From: Candidatus Cloacimonetes bacterium HGW-Cloacimonetes-2
Lineage (GTDB): Bacteria; Cloacimonadota; Cloacimonadia; Cloacimonadales; Cloacimonadaceae
NCBI GenBank assembly: GCA_002842035.1
Contig: PHBP01000001.1
Span: forward strand, 39,674 to 103,673
DNA: 64,000 bases
Direction of reading: 5' to 3'
The notes beneath the pieces were generated by a model that ran no database searches, was not told where the DNA came from, and was given only the letters and a program-made list of their open reading frames with translations. A program made the translations under genes and the position numbers. Positions 48,848-60,100 of the stretch are shown one piece after another (the stretch's first letter is position 1; every line of letters begins with the position of its first letter).

Positions 48848-50194
48848 ATGCCTTACATCTCTAATACCGATGCCGAACGGCTTGAAATGCTGAAACTTAT
48901 CGGCGTCAAAGACTTTGATGAGCTAATCCAGGCAGTGCCTCCCCAGCTCAGGATCAAGGGCGATCTCAAGCTTGACGATCCGAAAAGTGAACTGGAAATC
49001 ACTCGCAAGATTCAAGAAAAGACCTGCAGAAACGTATGCAGCCAATCCGCCAATTCCTTCCTGGGAGCAGGCGTCTATGACCATTTTATTCCCGCCGCAG
49101 TGGATACTATCGTCTCCCGCCCGGAGTTTTTTACAGCTTACACGCCCTATCAGGCAGAGGTTAGTCAGGGCACGCTGCAGTACATATATGAATTTCAGAC
49201 AATGATTTGCGAGCTCACCGGAATGGAAATCGCTAATGCCAGTATGTACGACGGAGCCAGTGCGGTTGCCGAAGCCATCCTGATGGCAGTGCGCAAGAAC
49301 CGCCTCAAAAAGGCAATCCTACCGGCAACTATGCACCCCGACTTTGTAAAAGTAATTCGCACCTATACTGAAGGCACAGGTATCGAGCTGGTTTTTGCTC
49401 CGGAGAAAGATGGCTTGATCGACTTGGGTGCATTGGAAGCTATGATGGATGAGACCATCGGAAGTGTCGTGATGCAGAGCCCCAATTTCTACGGAAATCT
49501 CGAAGATGGCTTTGAGATGGACAGGATTGTGCACGCTGGGGGAAAAGCTCTCCTGATCGCTTGTGTAGATCCGATCGGCCTGGCTATCCTCAATGCTCCG
49601 GCTGAATACAATGCCGATATCGTGGTCGGCGAAGGCCAAGCTCTGGGAAACAACATCAATATGGGCGGTCCGCTCTTTGGGTTCTTCGCTTCCAAGCTTG
49701 ATATGGCTCGCCAAATGCCGGGCAGAATCGTAGGCGGAACTCTCGATAAAGAAGGCAAACGTGCCTACGCTCTCACTCTGCAAGCTCGTGAACAGCATAT
49801 TCGCAGAGACAAATCCACCTCCAATATATGCTCAAACCAAGCGCTTTGCACGCTTGCCGCTACAGTCTATATGAGCCTGATGGGCAGACAGGGGATGGTC
49901 GAAGTCGCCTCCCAATCCGCCAAGAAAGCTCACTGGCTGGCGTCCGAGATCTGCAAGCTGGATGGCTTCACAATGGCACATCCCAATGCGCCTTATTTCC
50001 GGGAATTTGTAGTGAATACTCCTATCCCGGCGGCTACCATCATCGAGCGCTGCCAGGTACGCGGAATCTATCCCGGTACCGATATGGCAAGATTTGGCAA
50101 GCCCAATCAACTGATGATCGCAGTTACAGAAAAGAAAGATAGAGAACTGCTCTCAGACTTGATCACAGCCCTGAAGGAGGTGAGCCATGCCTAA
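48848..50194 (+). CDS. gcvPA: Glycine dehydrogenase (decarboxylating) subunit 1
   Basis: MPYISNTDAERLEML..; TAYTPYQAEVSQGTLQ. ATG 48848 follows aaggag. The listed ORF starts earlier at a non-ATG codon. Confidence 0.92.
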   Translation: MPYISNTDAERLEMLKLIGVKDFDELIQAVPPQLRIKGDLKLDDPKSELEITRKIQEKTCRNVCSQSANSFLGAGVYDHFIPAAVDTIVSRPEFFTAYTPYQAEVSQGTLQYIYEFQTMICELTGMEIANASMYDGASAVAEAILMAVRKNRLKKAILPATMHPDFVKVIRTYTEGTGIELVFAPEKDGLIDLGALEAMMDETIGSVVMQSPNFYGNLEDGFEMDRIVHAGGKALLIACVDPIGLAILNAPAEYNADIVVGEGQALGNNINMGGPLFGFFASKLDMARQMPGRIVGGTLDKEGKRAYALTLQAREQHIRRDKSTSNICSNQALCTLAATVYMSLMGRQGMVEVASQSAKKAHWLASEICKLDGFTMAHPNAPYFREFVVNTPIPAATIIERCQVRGIYPGTDMARFGKPNQLMIAVTEKKDRELLSDLITALKEVSHA

Positions 50195-51641
50195 GAACAT
50201 ATTTGAGCTCAGCAGCCCCGGCCGCAAAGGCTTTACCCTCCCCACCTGCGAGATCGATACTCCTCTGGAGCAGTTTATCCCCGCCAAGTATCACCGCAAG
50301 TCCATCGCCAAGCTTCCTGAGCTTAGCGAACTGGACGTTATGAGACATTTTATTGCTCTCAGTCATCTGAATCACTTCATCGAGAAGGGACTCTATCCGC
50401 TGGGAAGCTGCACAATGAAGTATAATCCCAAGCTGCATGAGGCTTTGGTGCGTCATAGCTGCTTTGGCAATATCCATCCCTACCAACCGGAATCGACTCT
50501 TCAGGGTGCTTTGGAACTGCTTTATGAGCTGCAATCTGATCTGGCTGAAATCTCCGGTATGGCAAATGTCACCTTACAACCCGTAGCCGGTGCTCAAGGC
50601 GAATTTACCGGACTCAAGATTATCGAGGCTTATCACAAAGCCAAAGGTAATACTCACAAAAAGAAGATCATTATGCCCGATAGCGCTCATGGCACCAATC
50701 CAGCCAGTTGTACATTGGCAGGCTTTGATGTGGTAGAGCTAAAGTCAAATAGCGAAGGCAGAGTCGATCTGGAAGCTTTGAGAGCAGTGATCGATGATAA
50801 TGTTGCCGGCTTTATGCTCACCAATCCCAATACTTTGGGACTTTTTGAGACTCAGATAGTCGAGATCAGCGAGCTGATCCACAGCGTGGACGGCCTGATC
50901 TATATGGATGGAGCAAATCTGAACGCACTATTGGGCATTGTCCAGCCTGGAAAGATTGGGTTTGACATCCTGCATTTTAACCTGCACAAGACCTTTACCA
51001 CCCCTCACGGAGGTGGAGGTCCAGGATGTGGTCCGGTCGGTGTCGTGGACAAGCTTCTGCCCTATCTGCCGGTGCCAATGATTGCCAAAAACGACGGAGG
51101 ATACTTCTTTGACTATCGCAATGAAGCCACTTCCATCGGCAAAGTACACAGTTTCTACGGCAACTTTGCCATAATGGTAAGAGCCTACATCTACATCAAG
51201 ATGCTCGGTGCCAAGGGACTGCGCAGAGTCTCCGAGAATGCCATTATCAATGCAAACTACCTGATGAAGAAATTGGAGCCCTATTACAATATCCAGCACA
51301 AAGAGTATTGTATGCACGAATTTGTGGCTGATGGTACCAAGCAGAAGAAGCTCAATGGAGTCAGTACCCTGGATATTGCCAAGCGACTCCTGGACAAAGG
51401 CTATCATGCACCCACCGTCTATTTCCCGCTGATTATTCCGGAAGCGATGATGATAGAGCCGACTGAGACCGAAAGCAAGCAGTCTCTGGATGCCTTCGCA
51501 GAGGCTATGATAGCTATAGCTGATGAATGTGAGAAAGATCCTGAAATGCTGCACGAAGCACCACTCACCACACCGGTTCGCAGAGTCGATGACGTGCGTG
51601 CCGTGAAGGTGCTGGATCCTCGTTTTGAGATAAAAGATTGA
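50187..51641 (+). CDS. gcvPB: Glycine dehydrogenase (decarboxylating) subunit 2
   Basis: PLGSCTMKYNP and the PLP-lysine block NLHKTFTTPHGGGGPG. It overlaps gcvPA by 8 nt, and gaaggagg lies upstream of its ATG. Confidence 0.92.
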   Translation: MPKNIFELSSPGRKGFTLPTCEIDTPLEQFIPAKYHRKSIAKLPELSELDVMRHFIALSHLNHFIEKGLYPLGSCTMKYNPKLHEALVRHSCFGNIHPYQPESTLQGALELLYELQSDLAEISGMANVTLQPVAGAQGEFTGLKIIEAYHKAKGNTHKKKIIMPDSAHGTNPASCTLAGFDVVELKSNSEGRVDLEALRAVIDDNVAGFMLTNPNTLGLFETQIVEISELIHSVDGLIYMDGANLNALLGIVQPGKIGFDILHFNLHKTFTTPHGGGGPGCGPVGVVDKLLPYLPVPMIAKNDGGYFFDYRNEATSIGKVHSFYGNFAIMVRAYIYIKMLGAKGLRRVSENAIINANYLMKKLEPYYNIQHKEYCMHEFVADGTKQKKLNGVSTLDIAKRLLDKGYHAPTVYFPLIIPEAMMIEPTETESKQSLDAFAEAMIAIADECEKDPEMLHEAPLTTPVRRVDDVRAVKVLDPRFEIKD

Positions 51642-51674
51642 CGAAATACCCGCTAAGTTAAATTTGATTCTGTT

Positions 51675-51703
51675 CCGCTCCCCAAAGGAGCGGAGCGGGT
51701 TTA
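51675..51703 (+). terminator. Possible weak terminator or processing hairpin after gcvPB
   Basis: ccgctcc-ccaaa-ggagcgg nested inside acccgct..agcgggt. Only a short T tract (ttta) follows. Confidence 0.35.
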
Positions 51704-51716
51704 TACAGGAGATAGA

Positions 51717-52331
51717 ATGAAAAAAATAAGTCTGATACTGATAATAATGCTGGGACTGGTCTCGTTTGGATATGCTCAGGCTGTGAAGCTGGGTTATGTC
51801 GATACGGATAGAGTACTTGCGCAAAGCAATGAAGCCGCAGAGATCTCCAGGCTCTTTAATCTGGACATTCAGAACTGGCGTACTCAGCTACGTCAGATGG
51901 ACGAAGAAGTCCGCCAGATGGAGCGTAATTTTGAGATAGAATCATTGACTCGTAATGAAGCAGCCAAGCGTGAAGCTCAGGCCAGAATTGACGAGAAGAA
52001 AGCTGCAGTCGGACGCTTTATTGAAGAGTATTTTGGTGAAGGTGGACGTCAGGAACAGCGTTATCGCGAGCTCTTAGAGCCTCTCACACTCAAGGTGCAG
52101 AATATCATCAATAGGATTGCTCAGGACGAGAATTACTCGATGATCTTTGATACCAGCTATGGCGTAATCCTCTATGCAATGCCCAGTATAGACCTGACAG
52201 AACAGGTGCTGCTGGAGCTCAATCGGGATACTGTAGCCCCTGTAACAGACGAGATTCCCGCAGAAACACGCGATCCCAATACATCAGCTCCGCTTGGAGG
52301 CGCAAGTCTTGAAGAAGGCTTGAAACAGTAA
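51717..52331 (+). CDS. OmpH/Skp-family periplasmic chaperone
   Basis: Signal peptide, a charged coiled-coil-rich ~200 aa protein, and position directly upstream of lpxD. Confidence 0.75.
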   Translation: MKKISLILIIMLGLVSFGYAQAVKLGYVDTDRVLAQSNEAAEISRLFNLDIQNWRTQLRQMDEEVRQMERNFEIESLTRNEAAKREAQARIDEKKAAVGRFIEEYFGEGGRQEQRYRELLEPLTLKVQNIINRIAQDENYSMIFDTSYGVILYAMPSIDLTEQVLLELNRDTVAPVTDEIPAETRDPNTSAPLGGASLEEGLKQ

Positions 52332-52333
52332 GT

Positions 52334-53371
52334 ATGAGGACTTTCGCAAAGCCTCTGGGTATTGCCGAGATTATTCAGCTTATAGGGGGAGATTACAAGG
52401 GCGAATCATCCCTTGTGATTAAGAGTGTTGCCCAGGCAGCCGAAGCGGATGCGCAGTCTGTGATCTTTGTGGATCAGGAGAAGTATCTTCAGGTATCTGC
52501 CGCCTCAAATGCAGGTCTCATTATCTGCACCGAAGCTTATGCGGAAGAGCTTGGTAATCACAATCTCCTGCTGGTTGAGAAGCCTTACTTTGCCCTGATG
52601 AAGCTGGTAAGCATCTGGCTGCATCTGGAAACACATTCCCGGATAGCAGAGATTCATCCAACAGCTATTATCTCTCCTCTGGCAGTAATAGCTGAAGGCG
52701 TCACTATAGGTGCTTACACAGTGATAGAAGCAGGCACAAAGATAGGCAAAGGCTCTATAGTAGCCTCCGGCTGCCAGATCGGCAAAAATGTCTCAATCGG
52801 CTCAAATTGCCATCTATATCCTGCAGTAACAATCTATGAAGACTGTGTCCTGCAGGATAGAGTAGTACTGCATAGCGGTGTTGTGATCGGAGCAGATGGC
52901 TTTGGCTTCCTCCTGGATGGAGCTAAGCAAGTTAAGATACCCCAGATCGGCAATGTGATCATCAATAACGATGTGGAGATAGGAGCTAATACCTGCATAG
53001 ACAGAGGCACCATTGGCTCTACAATCATCGGTGAAGGCACCAAGATTGATAACTTGGTGCAGATAGGTCACAACTGCTTGATCGGTAAGCACAGCATCCT
53101 TTGTGCCCAAGTAGGCCTTGCCGGTAGCACTATCGTAGGAGACTATGTTTATCTGGCTGGCCAGGTAGGAGCAGCAGGGCATATCAAGATAGGCGATAGA
53201 GCTATGATCGGTGCACAATCAGGCATCAGCAACGACATCCCCGAGGATGCCAGATGTCTTGGCTATCCAGCCAGAGACGCAGGCCTGATGAAGCGTATTA
53301 TGGCAGCAGAGATGAGCCTGCCTGATATGTACAAAGCTTATCGGCGTTCGCTCAAGAAAGAAGGTGATTGA
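52334..53371 (+). CDS. lpxD: UDP-3-O-acylglucosamine N-acyltransferase
   Basis: Long run of hexapeptide repeats, 345 aa, in the skp-lpxD-lpxC/fabZ-lpxA context. Confidence 0.9.
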   Translation: MRTFAKPLGIAEIIQLIGGDYKGESSLVIKSVAQAAEADAQSVIFVDQEKYLQVSAASNAGLIICTEAYAEELGNHNLLLVEKPYFALMKLVSIWLHLETHSRIAEIHPTAIISPLAVIAEGVTIGAYTVIEAGTKIGKGSIVASGCQIGKNVSIGSNCHLYPAVTIYEDCVLQDRVVLHSGVVIGADGFGFLLDGAKQVKIPQIGNVIINNDVEIGANTCIDRGTIGSTIIGEGTKIDNLVQIGHNCLIGKHSILCAQVGLAGSTIVGDYVYLAGQVGAAGHIKIGDRAMIGAQSGISNDIPEDARCLGYPARDAGLMKRIMAAEMSLPDMYKAYRRSLKKEGD

Positions 53372-53382
53372 AGGGAGTAAAT

Positions 53383-54780
53383 ATGACTGAATATAAACAC
53401 AGTATAGCTTCGGAGATTTCCTATACAGGGATAGGGCTGCACACTGGTGAGATCACCACGATCCGCTTCAAACCAGCCGGCAAAGACGAAGGCATCGTCT
53501 TTATCCGTGTGGACCTACCTGATAAGCCGGAGATTCCCGCTGATATCGACCACGTAGTTGACATCTCCCGCGGCACTACCATTGGCATCAAGAACGCCAC
53601 TGTCGGTACTATCGAGCACGTGCTTTCTGCGATCAAGGGTCTTAATATAGATAATATCCGTATTGAGATAGACGGCCCCGAAGCTCCCGTAGCTGATGGC
53701 TCGCCCATTGTCTTCCTGAATCTGATAAAGCAAGCTGGCATTGTCCAGCAAGATTCCGAACGCATCTTCTTTGAGCTGGATTCTCCCATCAGTTTTTCGG
53801 CAGAAGAGGACAATGTTGATATCGTGATCGTGCCCTCCAATGAGCTCAAAGTCACCTTTATGATAGACTACAAGCACCCCTATCTGGGCACTCAATACAC
53901 GTGGCTGCCCAGTATGGACTACTACGAAAAGGAATTTGCCGGTGCCCGCACCTTCTGCTTCATTAATGAAGTTCTCTACCTAAAGAAAGTTGGGCTGATC
54001 AAAGGCGGTTCTCTGGAGAATGCACTTGTGATTGGTGAGCCCGATATGAGCGAAGAAGAGCTCAAGCACCTGCAGGATATCTTTGGCTATCACAAACCGG
54101 TCACAGTCTCCAAGGAAGGAATCCTAAACAGCCATCCCCTGAGGTATCACAACGAGTTTGTACGCCATAAAGTCTGCGACTTGCTGGGAGATATCGCTCT
54201 GCTCGGGATGCCGATCAAGGGCCATATCCTGGCTGCACGTAGCGGACACAAGACCAATGTCGAGCTTGTAAAGAAGCTGCGCCAGATACAGAAAAAGAAC
54301 GAACTGCAGCAGATCTACCAGAAGCAAAAGAAGAAGAACCTAGTTTTTGATATAAATGCGATCATGTCCATTATCCCCCATCGTTACCCATTCCTGCTGG
54401 TCGATAAGATTACCGAATTTACTCCCGGTGAACGCCTGGTCGGTATGAAAAACGTCACCATCAACGAGCCTTTCTTTCAGGGACACTTCCCCGGGCATCC
54501 CATTATGCCGGGCGTTTTGATCATTGAAGGTATGGCTCAGGCCGGCGGTATTATGCTGCTCAACCAGCTGGAAAATCCACAGAACTACGTAGCTTACTTT
54601 GCCTCGATTGATAACGTCAAATTCCGCAAACCGGTACTACCCGGTGATACTTTGCGTTATGAACTTACCGTTATCTCGCTCAAACGCAGCCTGGCAAAGA
54701 TGCACGGAGAAACATTTGTGGATGGAGAAAAGGTAGCCGAAGGCGATTTCCTGGCCATGATTCAGGAGCGAAACACATGA
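53383..54780 (+). CDS. lpxC/fabZ: Bifunctional UDP-3-O-acyl-GlcNAc deacetylase / 3-hydroxyacyl-ACP dehydratase
   Basis: LpxC N-terminus GIGLHTGE and HKVCDLLGD..SGH. FabZ half IPHRYPFLLVDKI..GHFPGHPIMPGVL. ATG 53383 follows aagggag. Confidence 0.92.
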   Translation: MTEYKHSIASEISYTGIGLHTGEITTIRFKPAGKDEGIVFIRVDLPDKPEIPADIDHVVDISRGTTIGIKNATVGTIEHVLSAIKGLNIDNIRIEIDGPEAPVADGSPIVFLNLIKQAGIVQQDSERIFFELDSPISFSAEEDNVDIVIVPSNELKVTFMIDYKHPYLGTQYTWLPSMDYYEKEFAGARTFCFINEVLYLKKVGLIKGGSLENALVIGEPDMSEEELKHLQDIFGYHKPVTVSKEGILNSHPLRYHNEFVRHKVCDLLGDIALLGMPIKGHILAARSGHKTNVELVKKLRQIQKKNELQQIYQKQKKKNLVFDINAIMSIIPHRYPFLLVDKITEFTPGERLVGMKNVTINEPFFQGHFPGHPIMPGVLIIEGMAQAGGIMLLNQLENPQNYVAYFASIDNVKFRKPVLPGDTLRYELTVISLKRSLAKMHGETFVDGEKVAEGDFLAMIQERNT

Positions 54781-55550
54781 TAGACATTCATCCCACTGCC
54801 ATTGTCGCAGAAACTGCTGTTATTGGCGACGGCACCAAGATTGGTCCTTATTGCATTGTTGGCGCTAGTGTTGTGCTCGGTGAAGGCAACTTGCTTACCT
54901 CACACGTCATTATCGACGGTCATACCACAATTGGCAAGAACAACAAGATATTCTCCTATGCAGTGATTGGAACTGATCCTCAGGATCTCAAGTTCAGTGG
55001 AGAGCCTACCCGCCTCAGGATTGGAGACAACAACACAATCCGCGAATTTGTCACAATCAACCGCTCAAACCAGATGGAAGAAGATACTGTCGTGGGCAGC
55101 AACAACCTCCTGATGGAATATATGCACGTGGCTCACAATTGCCAGATCGGCAACAACTGCGTGATCGCCAATGCAGTCCAGATGGCAGGTCATATCCACG
55201 TCGGAGACAATGCTACCATCGGCGGTCAGACTGCTTTGCATCAATTTGTCCACGTTGGAACTCACGCCTTTGTGGGCGGTGCTTCCGCTATCAAAAAGGA
55301 CATCGCACCCTACACCAGAGGTCAGGGCAATCCTTACCAGACGGTTGGCCTAAACAGCGTCGGACTGATGCGCAGAGGCTTTTCAAACGAGACCATCGCC
55401 AAAATCAAGGATATTTACAACCTCTTCTACCGCAAGGGACTGAATACCAGCCAAGCCCTCAAGGTCTGTGAAGAGCTAACCGATCTCTGCCCCGAGCAGA
55501 TAGTATTCATAGATTTTGTCAAGAATGCCGATAGAGGTCTTTCAAACTAA
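54777..55550 (+). CDS. lpxA: Acyl-ACP--UDP-N-acetylglucosamine O-acyltransferase
   Basis: IHPTAIV N-terminus, hexapeptide repeats, 257 aa. 4-nt overlap with the upstream gene. Confidence 0.92.
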   Translation: MIDIHPTAIVAETAVIGDGTKIGPYCIVGASVVLGEGNLLTSHVIIDGHTTIGKNNKIFSYAVIGTDPQDLKFSGEPTRLRIGDNNTIREFVTINRSNQMEEDTVVGSNNLLMEYMHVAHNCQIGNNCVIANAVQMAGHIHVGDNATIGGQTALHQFVHVGTHAFVGGASAIKKDIAPYTRGQGNPYQTVGLNSVGLMRRGFSNETIAKIKDIYNLFYRKGLNTSQALKVCEELTDLCPEQIVFIDFVKNADRGLSN

Positions 55551-55553
55551 GCA

Positions 55554-56003
55554 ATGAAACGCTATCTGCTGATCCTGCTGATACTACTTGCGATGAGCTC
55601 TCTGCCAGCCTGGGAGTTATCCCGGCCTGCCAAGGCGGGAGCTCTCTCCGCGGTATTACCGGGCGGTGGCCAGATCTATAACAAGCAATTTGTCAAAGCG
55701 GGTCTGGTGATCGGGATACAGGGCTTTCTGATCGGCTCTGCCATACATCACGATAACAAGCGTGATGATTATCGCAGCCTGGCGAGCAGCACCTCCGATC
55801 CCTTTGACCAGCAGTACTATGATATCCTTGCCAAAGATTACTCGGACAAGCTGCGCAGTGATTTCTGGTGGATGGGCATCACGGCAGCGCTATCGGTTAT
55901 CGATGCCTGGGTTGATGCGCACTTGGTCGATTTTGACCGTGAACGAGACCGCATCCATATGAAATTCGATGGCGAGCAAATCATCCTCTCGCTAGAGTTC
56001 TGA
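55554..56003 (+). CDS. Small membrane/periplasmic protein (DUF5683-like)
   Basis: Signal/TM segment followed by LPGGGQIYNKQFVKAGL, a motif I associate with DUF5683 proteins of FCB bacteria. Confidence 0.5.
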   Translation: MKRYLLILLILLAMSSLPAWELSRPAKAGALSAVLPGGGQIYNKQFVKAGLVIGIQGFLIGSAIHHDNKRDDYRSLASSTSDPFDQQYYDILAKDYSDKLRSDFWWMGITAALSVIDAWVDAHLVDFDRERDRIHMKFDGEQIILSLEF

Positions 56004-56011
56004 GGTATCCG

Positions 56012-56788
56012 GTGAAACGCTTTCTGCTTTTCGCCTTCAGCCTTATAAGCCTTTGTGCACTATATTCCAATAATATAGCCAGTCAGCTTGAACGCGAGAT
56101 ACTTGTTCTCACAAATCAGCAACGTGCCCGCCATAATCTCCCTGCCTTGATACAAGAGCCCGGATTGGCTGATCTGGCGCGTAATCATAGCCGTAATATG
56201 ATGCGCAACAATTTCTTCGATCACACCGATCCCCAGGGTCTGGATGTGAGCCGCAGAAAAGACCGATATTATCCCCAGCTTATGGTCTCCAGCATAGGAG
56301 AAAATCTCTACAGCATCACAGATAGCCGCAGAACTTTTACTGCTGCCCAGATGGTGCAGGGCTGGATGGAATCCCCCGGGCACAGGGCAAATATCCTCGC
56401 TAGTGATTACACTCATCTCGGCGTAGGCGTAGTAATTCAAGGGGATCGTTGCTATGCCACGCAAAACTTTGCCTCACCGATTGTAAAGCTGATCTCCCCC
56501 AGCATCCTGGATACCCGCAAGCGCAGACTCACTCTCAGCTTTGAATATCTCTCCCCCCGCGCAGCACAGGGATTCAAAGCCACTATCATCTATCCCGATC
56601 CCTCGGTGAAGCACTTTGTTTCAGAGAATGAGTTCTTGCAAGGTGCGGAATTCCAAGCTCCACGCTGGCAAAGGAACCGCCGCTTCACTCTTACTCTGGA
56701 TTTCCCTGCCGGGAAAGGCGACTACAAAATCCACTTTGGCTGGGGCAATTCCCGTTATCAGGATTACTTCACTATCCGCAAGAGATAG
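56012..56788 (+). CDS. Secreted CAP/SCP (PR-1-like) domain protein
   Basis: Signal peptide (GTG start). NFFDHTDPQG, GENL and GWMESPGHRANIL are typical of bacterial CAP/YkwD-like domains. Confidence 0.8.
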   Translation: MKRFLLFAFSLISLCALYSNNIASQLEREILVLTNQQRARHNLPALIQEPGLADLARNHSRNMMRNNFFDHTDPQGLDVSRRKDRYYPQLMVSSIGENLYSITDSRRTFTAAQMVQGWMESPGHRANILASDYTHLGVGVVIQGDRCYATQNFASPIVKLISPSILDTRKRRLTLSFEYLSPRAAQGFKATIIYPDPSVKHFVSENEFLQGAEFQAPRWQRNRRFTLTLDFPAGKGDYKIHFGWGNSRYQDYFTIRKR

Positions 56789-56917
56789 TTAGTGACACCA
56801 TTCTGAGCGACAGGATCTCGCTCCCACAAGCATCCATATCCGCCACTCTCCCACCTCTCCTTCAGTAGTAATCCATTAAAAGCTTACAGAATATCCGCTT
56901 ACTGGTCCTCCATCCAT

Positions 56918-56955
56918 TATGCAAGCAGGATACAAGCAAGATTGATGCAGCATTC
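56918..56955 (-). repeat. Intergenic repeat family B, copy 6 (short, reverse orientation)
   Basis: The reverse complement reads ctgcatcaatcttgcttgtatcctgcttgcataatgg. It directly abuts family A copy 4. Confidence 0.7.
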
Positions 56956-56962
56956 CAATAGG

Positions 56963-57051
56963 TGATCTACAGCATATCACCTCGAAATCAAGAGCAATTC
57001 ACCTCGAACCGGGTTCGACTTGATTTGCTCTTGATCTGCTCTTGATCTGCT
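56963..57051 (+). repeat. Intergenic repeat family A, copy 4
   Basis: tgatctacagcatatcacctcgaaatcaagagcaattcacctcgaac-cgg-gttcgacttgatttgctcttgatctgctcttgatctgct. Confidence 0.85.
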
Positions 57052-57085
57052 TTAGACATTGCAGCGAGGATGATGCAATCTATCA

Positions 57086-57123
57086 TAAAAAAAGAGCGGG
57101 ACAGCACAAGGCCATCCCGCTCT
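57086..57123 (-). terminator. Rho-independent terminator of C25-2
   Basis: Minus strand: agagcggga-tggccttgtgctg-tcccgctct followed by ttttttt. Confidence 0.8.
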
Positions 57124-57140
57124 GTATGTTACACTGATGG

Positions 57141-60100
57141 TTATTTCATCATTATCATTTTCTTGGTGCTGGTATAGCGTCCGGCGGACATCTTGTAGAA
57201 ATAGACTCCACTGGCAACACCGCGACCGTTGTCATCGCGTCCGTTCCAGCTTACGTTGTGTTGTCCCGCTGCAAGCTGAGAATTCACCAAGGTCGTCACT
57301 TTCTGACCCAGGATATTGTAGATCTCAATCTTGACTGGAGAAGCATCGCTAAGGCTGAAAGCGATGGTGGTGGTAGGATTGAAGGGATTGGGATAGTTGC
57401 CTTTGAGGGCTGTCACCATCGGATTCAGATTGTCATCATTATCGACGGTCGAAGCAAGACCCATCAGCGCGATCTCGGTGTGCAGTGCATTGGGATCATC
57501 GCTGGTAAGGTTTAGCAGGCTGGAGAATAATCCACCTTCAGAAGGTCTGAAGATCACCGGCAGATTATAGCTTTCACCGGCAGGGATCGACATATTGAAT
57601 GTCAGATTCTCACCCTGGCTAAGATAGAAGGGAGCTTGCACTGCTGCAGAAACCAGCAGGGAAGCTGTACCGCTATTGGTGATGATCAGGTTTTGGATAT
57701 TTTCTTCACCGGTCTCGATGCTACCAAAATCAATAGTAGTAACGTTGACGGCAATGGCTGGAGTTCCGGCTGTTCCGCCCATACTGGGGAAGATGATATC
57801 ATCGATCCAGGCACAATCGCTTCCGCTGGAGACCATTGAATCCTTTACATATTCCCATTTGAAAGTGGTAAGTCCGGGCTGTACGGCATAAGTAGCCTGG
57901 CTCCAATCATCGGAAGTGCCGGACCATTGATTCTTCATCACACCATTGATATAGAACTTCAGATAGTCATAGTTTTGCTCTGATGATACTTTCTTCCAGA
58001 AAGAGATGTTTCCACCCTGGGGCACATCCATCTGAACGGTCATCGCTGTGCTGCCGTTGTGTGTGATAGTAGCAGATTTGGCTGAGTTTGATCCGTTGTA
58101 TGATCCGGGAGCTGTTGTCCAGTTTCCACCGGTGAAAGTCCAGGGATACCCGGTGAAGTTACCGCTCTCAAAGTCTTCTATCATCATACCGATGGTAACG
58201 TTGTAAGTATTGACCGCAGTATAGGCTCCACTGTAGAGCATTGCAGTAAGTGACGCTACGGAACCAACGGGAATCTGTGAGCTGAAACTGATCTGATAGA
58301 TATACTGAGCGTTGCCATTGGCAGGCAGTTCGGTGATATTTGTCACGATCGGATCGATCAGAGCGAGCACATTACCCACCATCAGTGTGGTTTCAAGGTT
58401 GCTGGCACCGGCATGGCCGTTGTTGGTGACGGGAATAGTGACTGTGATCACTTCACCGGCATCGACTCTTCCATTGCCATTGCCTTCTACTTCAGAGACC
58501 TGCAAGCCACCCCAGGAGAAATTGGGGGCATTTACCGTGATGCTGCGTTGATACTCGTATGTAGTACCATCCTGCAGACTGATCAGGATCATAAAGCCGG
58601 CTTCGTGCTGATCGGGAGCATTAGCGCCGATCTGCAAGCTGAATCCGGTAGTGGAATTACCAATCTGATTGGCAGCGATATCACCGAAGGACTCTTCCGC
58701 AGTGAGAACAGTAAGATAAGGATCGCTGGAAACGATTGTGGCATTGACGCCAACCGCAGGATCAGCACCAACATTGTTGAGCGAGAGGCTGAGGTTGATG
58801 GTCTCGCCAAAATCGGCTTGGTTGTTGTTACCATCGGTGATGGTGAAGTCTTCAACAATTACGTAAGGTCCTTGGGCAGGAAGCACTTGGATGGGATAAA
58901 TCCCTGTCTGGTAGTTGAAGGCAGTGATGGTAAGGCTAAGATCCATCGGTTCCAGAGGAGGATTGGCCATAGTGAGAGTTGCGTTGCCGGCTTGATCGGC
59001 TACGGTAGTACCATAGACGATGCCATTACCGCTAAGAGTGATTCTGGCCCGAGGAGGAGCTTGGACGCTCATAGTGCTCATCCCGATCATCAGGACGGGC
59101 ATATAGGAAGGGCTCATCAGCATCGGGTCCTTTGTACGCACTTGAAGAGAAGCGTCGCCAAAGATCGTCCAGTTCTTATATTCGCTGATTCCACTGGTGC
59201 CATAGACTTCGATCATCTTGGAGGAGCCATTGAAATAGAGCCCGCCAATGGTTCTGCGGGTATCCGCAATCAGTAGATCGGTGACTTCATCTTGTCCGCG
59301 CATCGGGGGATTCCAGCCTTGGTTAACGGTCGAAGCATACATTGCTACTGCACCTGCAGGAGCTCCTGTGCTCTCATTGACCGATCTCAGCCAGGCTTCG
59401 GCAAAGCAGGTCTGGTTTGTGAAGTTCCCGTTCACGCAAGCGACTGACACGATGAAGGGCAGCATATTGTCATTGACCAGGGCATTCACGTTGTTGTTGT
59501 TGAAGCCTGTGGTCACCCATGAGGTGTCCGAACCGTGACCAACGTAGTTGATAAATCCGCGTCCTTGATTAAGGTTCGAGGCTACACCGGCAGCTGTCGC
59601 GCCCATTGCTTGGTACATCTGATCGACAGAGGTGTATCCATAGCCAAGAAGGTCATCACGTATCAGATTCATATGAGTGGCATCACTCTCACCCATATCG
59701 CCTTGAGAACCGCCACCTTCGTTGGAAGCGATGCCCATAGCTCTTTGCAGCCAGGTTGCTCCGTTTTGGATGTCACGTTCGTATTGAACGGTTCTGAGGA
59801 TCTGGGTCTCAAGCTCTGCAACCGTCTGAGCAGAGAAGCGGCCGATATAGATATCGGGATAGCTATCGCCACCGGCAGTAAGAGCAAAAGAAGGATCAGA
59901 TCCACCACCACCTGAACTTAGGGTCGGGATCTGCTGGGCATCACCTACAAGCTGAACAAACATCAGTCCATTGTTTAAATCGTATTGACCTTGAATATAG
60001 GTCTTGATCTGATTGGCGGTAGGACCTGCGGTAGAAACATCTACTACATCTACTGTGTAGCCGTTTTGACGCTTCCAATCCACATAAGGCTGGATTGTGG

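Noticed and set aside
50928-51824. 298-aa ORF on the - strand
   Set aside because: It is antisense to gcvPB and runs into the skp start. I recognise no motifs in it. gcvPB is strongly supported.
58413-59276. 287-aa + strand ORF, and similar long shadow ORFs at 41024-41770, 33172-34005, 21404-22069 and 11031-11663
   Set aside because: All lie inside, and antisense to, well-supported genes (C25-2, M28, argF, the 5'-nucleotidase/FadL-like OMP junction, C25-1). Their compositions are low-complexity.
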